Shown: positions 37,507 to 50,639 of the stretch, in pieces
How positions within the stretch are numbered: the first letter of the stretch is position 1
Layout of the letters: each line of letters begins with the position of its first letter
NCBI RefSeq assembly: GCF_902652985.1
Contig: NC_047030.1
Span: 13,330,001-13,394,000, forward strand
Source of the DNA: Pecten maximus
Lineage: Eukaryota
DNA: 64,000 bases
Reading direction: 5' to 3'
Notes under the pieces: generated by a model
What the model saw: the letters and a program-made list of their open reading frames with translations, nothing else
Database searches by the model: none
Told to the model about the DNA's origin: nothing
Made by a program: the position numbers and the translations under genes

Positions 37507-38959
37507 ATAACATTGCTGACAAAGCCTTCCCTTGCGACGAACTCCAGATCGTCTTCCCGTTCTATAGTTTTTAATTTTAAGTTCTGATACTGAAATGATT
37601 ATTGTGATATCTGTCCTCTGAAAATAGCATACGAAATTTAAATGTCCTGAATTCACGAACTTAACAATGAAGTGAAGATTTCACTGCAAAACACGAAATC
37701 GGCATTATTTGATTCACATTCCCATGAAAAATACATTTATTATTATAATATTGAATAAATGTCCAAACATCGTCTTTGCGATCAGGGACGCATTAACACT
37801 AAATACATACAGAAACTGGCAGACTTTGCTGCGTTAGGAATAACTCTAAAACATCACGGGTTGATTCCGTCGAATGAAATGGGATAGTAATACAATTCAC
37901 TTGATACGTTTTTAACTACCAATATAGGACCCTTTTTCACTTTTATCAAAATGTTCATTTCAGGAAGATGCGTACCTTACTCATTTTCAAAGGCCTGCAA
38001 ATGTATAAATGTAGAAATTTTAAAACACAAAATTTAGCATGTCAATAATAACAATGTCATATAACAGCTTCAACCACAAATCAATCGTCAAGGAAACGTT
38101 TTTAATTGTGACATACAGTATACAGTGTGTATGTAGATATAAACCTACTCTGACTCTTGTTTTAAAAACAAATAACACACTAGTACACATGCATATAATT
38201 GTATCAATGGAGCCTAAATGTCTCATTATTATACAACAATATTATTCAATTCAATATTTATTGTTATTTCAAAGCAACAATTGTAGTTAAAGTATTTATA
38301 ATATTTAACAACAGGTTTCTTAATAGCACAACAAATTCCTTTCAAGCAATAGAATTTGGAAACTTCGGAAACCTGAGTTTCACATAATAACAGTTAGCTT
38401 TGCAAAAATCCCTAAAACTTTATTTTTTCACTTGTGTCATATTCATCATCCAAACAAGACATGTTGCGATAAATCTTCTAGGTAGTAAATATGGAAAACA
38501 AAGATAGAAATAGATTTTCACTCTTCTCCAGTCCTGCACTGAAATTGAAGAAAGTAAGGGAGACGAATCATTGCTTTGTATTACGCATGATTGACTGCAG
38601 AAATATCTTGCAAAAAACAAAAAAATAAAAAATGAAACACAAAGATATTTACTGATTAAATTATTGAATGTACCATACGTCTTTGCTCGAGAAAGATTGA
38701 AACGATTTATCAATATCTAGAATTAGAGGGTTTGTGCAATTCACATCTTTTGTGATGATTGTTTTAGCCTATTTTGATTCTTCTAACGTCCCTCCTGGGA
38801 TCAACACTTTTGGTCTTTAGTGTCACTGACGAGTCCTAGAAGGAGGATATAACTGTATGATACATTTTATATTAATTATTTGACATATAACGTTTCGGCT
38901 ATATTAACTTATGTCGTTCGTAAAATAGTTTGCTATGGATACCAGCCACAAATGCATGG

Positions 38960-39242
38960 AATGACAAATATTAAACCACAAATATACAAATACATTCAAT
39001 ATAATATCAAACATTCAACCAAAAATATACAAATATATTCAATATAATGACAATAATTAAACAACTACTATACAAATATATTCAATATAATGACAAATAC
39101 TAAACCACTAATATACAAATACAAATGTACATTCAATATAGTGACAATCATTAAACCAACAATATACAAATACATTCAATATAATGACAAATACTAAACC
39201 ACTATTACACAAATACAGTCAATATAATGAAAAACATTAAAT
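38960..39242. repeat. Degenerate minisatellite, ~40-bp unit (TACAAATACATTCAATATAATGACAAATACTAAACCAC)
   Basis: TTCAATATA recurs about 6 times. Confidence 0.85.
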
Positions 39243-40809
39243 ATATTGCTAAACCTAAGTTTATATTGATAGTTAAACGAAAAATGTCCAATCCTTTCTT
39301 GTGTCTTTTTCGCCCTTAACTGAAAGGGTGGATTCATCGCTTAAAACACGCATAAATTAAATTTTTGGCCATATATTTAACGGAAAAATAGCCTTTAATG
39401 AATAGATGGGAATTTGTTTGATTCATGGAATGGGGCTGGATTTCGTCTTCTTAGATACATATATATAATCTACAGCTGACTATTTATACCATCTTAATAT
39501 CTGCATAGTGTCGATTTTAATTTTACGCTTGGAATCCCGTGCTATGATTTCAAAACACGATTATATTTTTCGAATAAGCATATTTACATTTTCGACGATC
39601 ATAGCCATTAGTCGGTTTTGGCGCCACACACACGAAGGAGTAAGAGCTGGGGTTAAACCGTGTGATTTTTAACATTCAAAATCATATCAAACTACAATGG
39701 GCCATTACAGCCGGAGTTTTACATATTTAAACGGATCATTTGAGCACTTCCATCCCACACCAGCAACACTGCATCCTATCACTTTCACATACAGCGGCCA
39801 TTTGCATCAGTAATCGGATTCGCTCTAGCGTTTGTCGCATACGATAGTAAAGTTATAATAGCCTATTATATGTAAACTTAGGTTAAATCATATCCTCGGG
39901 GTCCCTACAAATATTCGCGCCATTAGAAGCACTTTTTCCGGTATTGAATTTCACATTACCCGGCATGGGGAAAATCCTTTGTAATATACAAGAAAACATA
40001 TACATTACTAACAAACCGTTAAACATATTTTCGCCATATAAAGATTATTGTAGCTAGATCAAAGACAGTTTTGGTAACGTTAATTCATGAGTTGCAAAGA
40101 AATAAAATCCAAGATGATAGAAATTTTCAGCTAAATTAACTTCACATAGGAGATTTTAACTGCTTCAGTTAAGTTAGTGCCTGCAAAACGTTTCTGTGAC
40201 GCCGCCGACCACGCTTGTACCCTAATGAGTTCAACCTGAGATAACCTCGGAACACCTCTAAATGATCGGAATACATTTAGCATTTACACAGCAATAATAT
40301 ATTGGATTGGAAAATTGTTTTATAATCTGTTTTATTGAACCTGTCAGATTATCGAATTTTAAAGTGCAGTGTGGGTAAGTTCTGGGGTGGCATGTTCTCA
40401 TGACAGCAGTAGGGAAAAAATCTTTAAAATTGAAAGAAGCACCGGGGGAGGTTAATGTCGGCATTTTGCATTTCTCGTCGCGCTATATAAATAATTGAAT
40501 CTGGCACCTTTCCATTTAAATGGTTCAATCATTGCAAAAGAAAAACATGAAGCCTTCCCAATTTGAAGGAAACATTTAAAGAACCTTTCTTGCACTTTGA
40601 AAGAGATAGCGCATGTTTATACGTAAAATTGATTATTCAAATGTTTTATGAACTTCTTATCTAACGAAATTAGTAAAACATGCAACAATCAGGAATTGTG
40701 GTAGGAAGATTATTGCGTCATTAAATGTGAATTTGATAGTAATGTGCATATCTTTGATTTCTTACACGCTTGTGGGAAGGACTGTTTTACCTAATGTTAT
40801 AGTAAATCG

Positions 40810-41000
40810 TTCTGGTTTGGTCTGACTTTGTATTGTCTAGCGTCCTGTCAACAAGGTAGGTCGTTTAAGGTCGGCGTCATCTACGTGCAAAATGCATGTG
40901 TGTTGTGTAAGAGTGTGTATGTTTGTATAACTGTAGTGTGGAACTGGTGTCGACTTTATACTGCTAGCTCACTGAAACATACTGGCAAAGACATCCAGTA
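40810..41000 (-). mobile_element. Degraded SINE 3' part (Meta-domain-like) with a tail related to the V-type SINE
   Basis: GTCCTGTCAACAAGGTAGGTCGTTTAAGG resembles the reverse SINE tail; TTTATACTGCTAGCTCACTGAAACA core. Confidence 0.5.
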
Positions 41001-44000
41001 AAACTATTCTCTTACTGTAAACTACAAAAAGAATGTTATGCCCATCATGTAGACATGTAGGTACCCATGGAGAATTGGAGGTTTTCTTCTTATTTGCTTT
41101 CTACATTACATGTCATGTCTTTAATCACATGTGATAGTTGGACATCTTGATGAGTACACATCGTTTGAGCAGAATGGTCTCGCATACGATCGTTAATGTT
41201 TAAAATTTACAGTTATAGATAAATCCTTATTAAACAAAACATAAAATATGTTCCTGGTTTCTGTGTGAGGTCAATTGTATATACATAAGATGTAGAATAA
41301 TACATTTTTGCGGAAGTATGAGGTTTGTTGAAATTATCGCTAATGCATTATGTACATGTGAGCCCCCTGATTTCAGAAAGTCCGGAAGGGTCCAATTTGT
41401 ACATTTTCTACCTTTTTTACTCTCTTTGAGCATGCATCACACCTCACAAAAATCGAGAACGTTCATGTTTTCTTCCTATAATGTCTGTATATCACTTATT
41501 CCGGTGTCTGTAAGAATAGCATGGTCGGAGATTGTAAGAAGTAGGCCTATCGTACTGTACGGTATGATATTGTATTGTCTAGGGCGATGGTATTGGGGCG
41601 AGAGAGGGACTTTTTGACTTCGTACAAAAGAATATCTCTACTCAATAACTGAATTGGGTTAGCAAGCATTTGTCAAGTTTCGTTATTTTGTTTGCTTTTG
41701 AGAGTGTGTTATATACATGTGTGTGATGGTATGAATTATAATTCTCCGCCATCTTGTTCAAATGAATTGTAATGTACGTTTATGTATCATGTAATTCCTA
41801 TATGTTGTGCTACATTTAAGCATTGGAAGGCTTTCAGTTGGCATTCATATTGACTATGAATGCCAACTGAAAGCCGTTCAATGCTTATATTTACCATCTG
41901 CAATTTTCTATTTGTCGTGCGATTTTTTTTTGAAATTTTCAAATTCAAATTTTCAGTTGGCAGTTCATAAGCTGGTGAACTCGCAACTGAATTGGTAGGG
42001 TTATATAGTGGCAGTGCCATACAATGGTAAATATTTGGAAATAAACTTAATTTAATTGAATTGACATAGAAACTTCCGAAATGTTGGTTATAGATTGTTT
42101 TACATCCTATCGATGCAGTTGGGTTAAGGACAATTACTAAGCTAATGCCAACTAAATGGTAGTTTGGAGTATTATGTCGCAAGAACGTTTGTATGGCATC
42201 ATCTATACAACTTGCTGAACATTTCTTTATCCAAATTCTTTTCCATGTATTGCACTGTGCCGTGTGTGATTTAGAAATACAGCATGTATACAATGTAAGT
42301 GTTGCTAGCTGAAGGCACGGTTATAATTTCTCCGATTTCTTTCATAGCACAAGAAAGATAACTCTTACAATATGTCGACAAACGTTTTCTACACCTCTCG
42401 TATAAAAGCCGGGGCTTACACGTAAAAATTCCGACCGTGTGTGTCAGGGACCAATAATTCAATTACCCATCAAAGGAAATAAAACTAATGATCATGACAA
42501 CATTTTCTTGTCATAAATAACTAAATTTGTAATAGTCTACCATATACAATCTGAAACATGTATGTTTCTGATTAAATCATGAATGTACTTTAAAAGATAT
42601 AGTACATTTCGGAATATCAAACACGTCATGTTTTGTCTATTACTATCAATATCATGTTTCCTATTGTATAATGTTGACACGTGTATTTATTCAAAATGAA
42701 GAAGGCTTCCACAAATGTGCAGAAGATCGACACCTTGTTCGAATCTAAGCAAGAAGAATAAGCGACTGAAAAGCAGTCTAATAATAGCTCTAGAAGCTGG
42801 AAAAATTCCTGTTGTTTCGGACATTGTATTAGACATTTTTGCAACAAAAAAAAAGAACAGAACAAATATCTTTTATTTAGACAGACGATTGTTTAAACTC
42901 TGGAACTAGATGAACATTAACAGTTTATACGGGACACATATAGATCAGCCTGATTGAGAATAAAGATATCGTTAAATAACTGTCTCGTAAAACAATTTCA
43001 GACTTTTATTAAATCTTTAAAGCAATTTTTTTGTGAGGGGGCTTCGCTCCCCTGAAACCCCTACCAGGGCACCGCCCCTCGCCTGGGTTTACACAGTTAG
43101 ATTGGTCTAGCTAAGCGCCTGGGTATAGGTAATTGTCACCGAGAGCAATTCAAGAAAACAATGCGTATGATTAATAGATACTATTTACATGTGTATAAGT
43201 TACCTGACTGCTATCCAGGACATAGCAGCTGAATTGTCACCAAATATAAATAAACCTACGTCACTGAATTCCGAGAAATCACGTATTAGATTGGAAATGT
43301 ACTGTATACGACTGTCGAGGATGGCAAACCGTTTGTTTGGGGTTTGAATTAATTCAGAAATCTGTATTTTAATACTCTTACAGTTACCCTAAACCATGCT
43401 AATCAAAAAGACATCCACATATCAATATTTCCATAATGATTCTAGTCAGTCTTGTTATATGATCTTAATGTTTTATTGTATTTTTATATATATTAGCCTA
43501 ACTAATTTGTATGTCACATTTGCAAATCATTTGCTGTAGCGGAATGACTTAAGATAAGAGAGTACTCTTGTTGGCAGACCCCTGTATCTAATTGTTGTAT
43601 ATATATTGACCCATGTATTGAAATATTTCGGTAATAAATACTGTTTAAACCAAAGACATACATAGCGGCTGTCAAAATTTGAGAAATTTACAGTGATAAA
43701 AATTAAGCAATTATTCATTTACTGTATTCAAATCGATTTCAACATATTCAAATGGTAAATAGATTATTTTAAGCATATCAAACATATCGAAAACAACAGT
43801 ACCATTATACTGCAGCAGAGAGATTAAATTTAGTGGTGTGCTACCACGATATATCAGCACTTATTTTTCAGTCACAGTTACCTCCCATTTATAGGAAGTA
43901 AATATAGATATCCGGACCAAGAAGGGGAATTTTGTTACATTGCGTAACTAGCATCTATGTATATCAGGTCAAGTCGGGATTATAGGCCTGGCCGAGCGGG

Positions 44001-45074
44001 TTTAGATGGGCGTGGCCAATTTGTGTAAGTATTGATCATATCGGAGAGATCTCCTTATCAGAATGTAGGCCTATATGTAGAATTACCAGCATGTAAGCTA
44101 CATTTTGTATAGAGGTCGTATTGACTGACATCGAAGTGGCTCTATTCATGATCAGCTTATTTTACACTAGAGGTGAGTGGTTTACTTTCGTTTACGACCA
44201 ACAGCATTACTAGATTAGATCGAAGCTCGGAGACATGCTTCCGTTTTGAGTAAGATAACAAAAGAACTCTCTTATTGACGTTATACATGTATGTATAGTT
44301 GTGTACATGTATGCACGTGCGGTGTAAAACTGTACACGTATATATATTTATGTGTTGTAACACAGCAAGGCGTGAAAGTTCGCATAATAGTTGATAGCAG
44401 ACATTGTTTATTCACAGTATCAATACACATACCACAAAGTTGCTACATACACACAGTGATCGTTATATATATATTATACTGTTTATACAATATGTCTATT
44501 ATGACTACATGTCTGACCTCGTGGTTTCGTTTGCCCGGAGGCATTGTCATGTGTAACGAGGGGTTTTCCTCCTCCCTCTGTTTCTGAACTATAAAACCAG
44601 TCTTTTTATCCCCTTTGTCAACTACATGTATCCAGTCACTTACAATCCCGTGTACCTGATTATAATCAGGTACTACAGTCAATGTTAACATTTCTATCGA
44701 GATGTTTACTCGAGCTCCTTATGTCACAGTTCTAATCTGTTAGAAGACGTCTCCCAAACAATTGAGATAGCACACCTGTAACATTAATCATACCCTGCGA
44801 TACCTACAGGTTTCTAACACAAGATTGTCTTTTTTTCAAACAAAACAACTGCAATAATAACAATATGTCAATTGATCAATTAAAAGCCCGCGACCTCGTT
44901 ACACTGTATATATAATTAGTAGACAACGATAACTAATAACAGGGGATTACTGTACAGCCGCTGTGCCATATTGATTTTCCTCTCTGTCTGTATCTATACA
45001 TATCCGGTCTTTTATCAGTTAAACTTTACACATGTTATGTAATCTTAAATGAATCAAATCATTACAGTTTGTGT

Positions 45075-46440
45075 ACAACAGTCATACACCACAACACTCA
45101 TACACCACAACACTCATACACCACAACACTCACACACCACAACACCCATACACTACAACACTCACACTCCACAACACTCACACACCACAACACTCATACA
45201 CCACAACACTCACACTCCACAAACACCCATACACCACAACACTCACACTCCACAACACTCACACACCACAACACTCATACACCACAACACTCATACACCA
45301 CAACACTCATACACCACAACACTCACACACCACAGCACACATATACCACAACACTCATACACCACAACACTCGTATACCACAACACTGATACACCACAAC
45401 ACTCATACACTACAACACTCATACACCACAACACTCACACACCACAACACTCATACACCACAACACTCATCACAACACCAACACCAACACACCAGTACCA
45501 CAACACCAACACCAACAAACCAACCCACACACGCACCACAACACTCATACACCACAACACTACATCCACAACACTCAACCACAACATCAACCCACAACAC
45601 CAACACACAACACCCACCACAACACCCGTACACCACAACACCCATACACCACAACACTCATACACCACAACACTCACACACCACAACACTCATACACCAC
45701 AACACGCATACACCACAACACGCATACACCACAACACTCATACACCACAACACTCACACTCCACAACACTCATACACCACAACACTCATACACACAACAC
45801 CATACACCACAACACTCATACACCACAACACTCATACACCACAACACCATACACCACAACACGCATACACCACAACACCATACACCACAACACTCATACA
45901 CCACAACACTCATACACAACACCACACCACAACACCATACACCACAACCCAACCACACACCATACACCACACACCACACACCACACACCATACACCACAC
46001 ACCATACACACACCACACACCACACACCATACACCACACACCATACACCACACCACTACCCACACCCACACAACACCCAGACCACAACACTCTACACCAC
46101 AAAAAAACACCATCACCACACCCATCACACAACACTCACACACAACACTCACCTCCCACACATCACCATAACCCCAACCTCTCACCCACACCATACCCAC
46201 ACCAAACTCACCACAGAACTACACACCTCATACCCACACACCACCTCCACAACACTACATCCCACACTACACACAACCTCAGTAACCACAACACTCCCAT
46301 ACACGCACACAACTCATACCACCTAACACTGGTCCCTTCCCAACTCATCACTACAACATCCACAACCTCCTTCACTTCTAAACGAGCACTCTAGTACATC
46401 AAAAACTCATACCAAACTGTTGCCTGTGCCTGTAAATCAT
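45075..46440. repeat. CA-rich minisatellite, 16-bp unit (ACCACAACACTCATAC), decaying into low-complexity CA sequence
   Basis: Direct observation; explains the His/Thr-rich (+) and Val/Cys-rich (-) ORFs. Confidence 0.97.
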
Positions 46441-46779
46441 ACCTACTGTAAATAGTCTATTTCTTTCACGCGCCGCTTCGAAACTCTTAAAAGGGATGAA
46501 TTTGCTTTAGTCGGACATGATCGAGAACATTTTTTCAAACAGAAATGTACAGGCTTTGGTGTAAACAAATATAAGGTCAAGAATTTGTTCAATTTACTTT
46601 GTTTTGTATGGAAACTTAATAGCGCTTTCGAAATCAAGATGAGTTCTGACTAATGATTTATAAAATAAAAGAAATGTTTCTCTGTCCAAATTTACAAATA
46701 CGCTCCTTATAATCGCCATCATTATATTTGCTCTTTTTTTCAAATACCCGGGTATATGATTATAAAATTCAAGATTGCT

Positions 46780-47555
46780 ATCAATTATTATCCTAGGTCT
46801 TTTTCTGCTTCCGATTTCTTTAAAGTTGTATCCGCAAGATCATTAGATGGCAAGTAAAATCCTTTATAGTGGCTTTTCCTAGATGCATATGAACACAGTT
46901 CCCGAGTGAAGTTTAAATAGCCATGAATCACACGATTTTTCTATTCGATTTAGATCTCCCTGAAGAAGTTTTTGGTCATTTTCAATGGTGATAACTCGTG
47001 TTGTCTGCGAACAAGTATGCCTCCGAAAACGCCTTCATTTTCTTACAGTGTTTGATGCTCTTCTATAGTCTCTTTGAATAATAGGGTCCTTGGTTTGGCG
47101 CTAAAGAGTTCTTGAGTTTTTATTTTCTCTTTGGTTTCGTTATCCAGTTGAATAATATGCTGTTTCTTTTGTCCCGGGTAGGAAATTTTAGTTGGTACAT
47201 TCTTATCTTCTTTCATGTTTAAAACGTTTTGTATCAAGGATCATTTTGTGTTAACATCGGTATTAGAAAGATATGGGTTCCAATGTATTTCTGACAATTC
47301 CTCATTTGCTCTAACAAAATTTGCCTTATTGTAACATTTCCTCCTTTAAGTTTCTTGTGTTGTTTTAGCATGACATACATTAGTACACAATGATCACTCT
47401 TTTCCAGGGGACTACTGTATATAAGATCACCTATCACATTGTCTTCATTTGTTAATACTAGATTCTAGACGTTCGGATTATCACGCCCTCTCCATCTTGT
47501 TGGTTCTGTAACATGTTGATAGAGAAATAAATCTTGTATACAATCTAAAAACATA
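46780..47555 (-). mobile_element. Degraded, internally deleted CR1 LINE (endonuclease C-terminus joined near the RT C-terminus)
   Basis: Minus strand reads FLDCIQDLFLYQHVTEPTRWRGRDNP..LVLTNEDNVIGDLIYSSPLEKSDHCVL and DQKLLQGDLNRIE..DSWLFKLH. Confidence 0.8.
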
Positions 47556-47620
47556 TGTATATATAAGTATGTATATTAAGTGTATTTCTTTGACAGACTG
47601 ATGCACAGAAAACCCTGAAC

Positions 47621-49697
47621 ATGAAGAAAGTAGCAAGAACTTCAAGGACGAAAAGTGGTTCCTTCATTTCGGGGTAAGATATGATTATGTGACAAGCTTG
47701 ATTTAGGCACCATCCGATTCAATGCGGCGTTAGTATTGCTTAGCTTTCTAATTACATACTGCCTTTCATATGATATTAATGTGGTAGTTCATGTTATACG
47801 CATTTCAGCTAAGTACTCCGATAGCTCGCTGTTGTGACGGTGCGGTTGAAGGTCTCTATGTTGTATGTATGTAATACTTTACTGTAAGCAACGTCGATCC
47901 TTGTCAGCTGTTTGTGGGTGACAGTTACCACTGATGATTTGGTGGCTGCAGACGGGTCTGGTATCCTGTAGGGTGCTCTCGGACAGCGTTGGGAACACAA
48001 TGTTTCTGGGGGAGTGTTGGTGACTAGGGAGGGGCAATGCCATAACAAGAGGACAGTTGTACCAGCTGACGATATCAGGTTGAACCCGACGAAGATCATC
48101 AAGGGGAAATGTGGTTCGTGGATATGGGCATTTTAGCTGCATAGTCCAATAGCTTTTGTGGCAGTGCGGGTCGTGTCTATGTGCTGGGATTTAGGCACCG
48201 CCGAGCGTGGTCATCACTTAGATGGGTGACTGCTCCGTTGTACCCCGTATCTCATTACATTACAATGCGGTATCATTACCGGTTGTAACGTCCATTCTCT
48301 ACGGTAACACGGGCTAGTACGGCAAATGTGGATTTGTGTTTTTGTAATGACTGTGACATAGTTTAGAGACCATTACCATGTTATATCATTAACGAGTGTA
48401 ACGTCCACTATTACGGCATTTCTTCTAAGATCCTAATTTGTTTTACGGATCGGGATTTATCTAAAATTGTCAATGACTTATTGAGGACAGATGTAACCTG
48501 TCAATCTTCCAGAATCCCCGAACACATATTAACTGCATTATGTTGATGAGTGCACAAGTTTGGCATATATTGACTCAATACAAGTTGTAATAATGTAAAT
48601 CTTACTACAACTACGTAGGTTTCCATTGTTCTTGGTGGTTCTATTTTTCAGAATCGAAGATGCAATCATTAGTCAGGACCTGGAGGAGATCACACGCCTG
48701 TTAAAGGAAAATGAAGGCGACACTTTCCTTATCGCCTGCGCCTTCCATCAAGCCGTCGGGCGAAATTTTCCTGATGTCGTTCGCCATTTTGTTAAGCTTG
48801 GAATTTCCATAGACACTCCAGATCCAGTGTTTCTAGAGACTCCACTAATGCACGCTATACGAAATAACCGGGACGGTCTGGTGAAATTCCTGATAAGTGA
48901 AGGTGCAGACGTTAATTACACTATCAGAAATAACGGTCAGACACCACTTCACGTAGCGGTCAGCAGTCCAAAAGAAACTGCATTTTCTACTAAAATTTTG
49001 AAATATTTGTTGACCGTCCATTATATAAAGTTAAATGTATATAACAATGAAGGCAGGACACCTCTTATGATTGCCATCAAGCATGGCCGTGATGAAGCCG
49101 TGGGATGTTCTCACAAGTGCAGGCGCGGATGTGCACTTGCGCATGCAGCACTATGGTTGTACAACAGCACATCTGTGTTTCGACATGTACAACCCTTGCC
49201 GTAACGCTGAGAGCGCTAAATGTCTGCAGTCCTTAATGAATTGTGGTCTGAGTCCTGATGTGGTACATAATGGTGAAACACCAATATTCCATACCATCAG
49301 AAAAAACAACATCCCCGCTTTAAAAGTCCTTTTGGGTGCCAACTGTGATCTAGATGTGACGAGTACAACCTGGGGCGTGGAGAACAATGGACAGGAAGCA
49401 AAGAAGGTCACGCCCATTACCCTCGCCTACAAATTCCACAAAATGAGGTCTGTGGAACTATTGGTGGAAGCAGGATGCCGATGTTACCATTTAGGGTGGC
49501 TTACGGAGAGCAATGATGCCCAGAGTACGCTCAGAGACTGGTTCCAGAGTCGGATTAGTAACCCAAGGTCTCTCAAGAATCTGTGTAGATTCAAAATCCG
49601 GGGTGTTATTGGACATGTTCCACATAAAAAGGTCGAACTTTTAGAACTGCCTCAAAAATTGCAGGATTATGTATTACTAAAGGACATTTTAAGTTGA
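47621..49697 (+). CDS. Ankyrin repeat and SOCS box protein (ASB-like); join(47621..47673,48652..49697), ~365 aa after removing one G at 49102-49104
   Basis: Ankyrin repeats (ETPLMHAI, GQTPLHVAV, GRTPLMIAI, GETPIFHTI); SOCS box PRSLKNLCRFKIR...LELPQKLQDYVL; exon 1 MKKVARTSRTKSGSFIS ends GG|GTAAGA in phase 2, matching TTTCAG|A. Confidence 0.88.
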
Positions 49698-50639
49698 TAA
49701 AAATTGTTCTTCTTCTGAATATGTCGAGCATTCCTTTTCATTTTCTGTGATAGAAAATATACTGTGCCATGGTCGACACGAGTTTGAGGTTATTTCATTG
49801 TTATTGGAGAACCATAGAATTCCGTGCAGTATTATTCAATAAATGTCAATAGTTTTATCAATTGTCACTATATGATTATTTTAATACGGTTGTCCCCCGT
49901 TATACCGCCTCTTTTTGCCCCAGCCGAATTTGGCGGGAACGGAGATGCAACGGTGGTTAAGTACAAAAGCCGTACACATATGCTGTAGGCCAACGATATA
50001 CATACACATGAAAAAAAAAAACCACTCTACACATGTGCACACATATACCGTGTAAACTTCAAAAGTAAATGTCTGGATTTAATATAATTTCATGGAGGCG
50101 TTTACTCCTGCCATATTGGATAACCTGTCGGACGTGACGTCACAACATGTCTGTTTCATTTCCCTTTGCCTTTCAAAGTTGGTAATGGACTTTCTTTTGT
50201 TTTACAGGTGATGGAAGTGAGCTATATATGCATGTCAAAATATCAAGTTTACAAATAAGATTCATGTATTGAACGGAGTTTCCGAACCCAGTAGTAGCCT
50301 CCATTACCGAGTAGGGCGATAACATTTGTAGTACTGCGTTCATATAGCAAATGTGCAAGAAATAATCAAATATCCTGATAATATTGTGAACATTTCAGTT
50401 AACACTATTCTCAATAGCAGCGATAATTGTGGACGACCTTCAGTATCGATTTCTGATGGGGGGGATAACCGCAGGAAACGAAAGTAGAATATATTCGATA
50501 AAAACATGGCTTTGGCAGTAGTAATTCTACTTTGTCTTCAAAACGGCGAATCAGATAATGATGGTCTGTGAAAGGTATGTACGGTTAAATGTAGTTGTAC
50601 TTTAACACAATATAAATAAATAACATTTAGTGGCTTGTT

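Noticed and set aside
44005-44098. ASB promoter and first non-coding exon (GGGCGTGGCCAAT, donor CAT|GTAAGC)
   Set aside because: Plausible because an acceptor precedes the first coding exon at 47596, but these motifs alone are too weak to call
45049-46326. His/Thr-rich 425-aa and 366-aa ORFs as biomineralisation or metal-binding proteins
   Set aside because: A 16-bp unit (not a multiple of 3) with almost no G and few stops leaves several frames open; no signal peptide or exon structure
47885-48233. Functional 5S rRNA gene
   Set aside because: Only the internal control region is similar; no 5S termini or T-run terminator
20585-49110. Programmed ribosomal frameshifting in Pax3/7 and the ASB gene
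   Set aside because: No slippery heptamer or evident stimulatory structure; a homopolymer error is simpler
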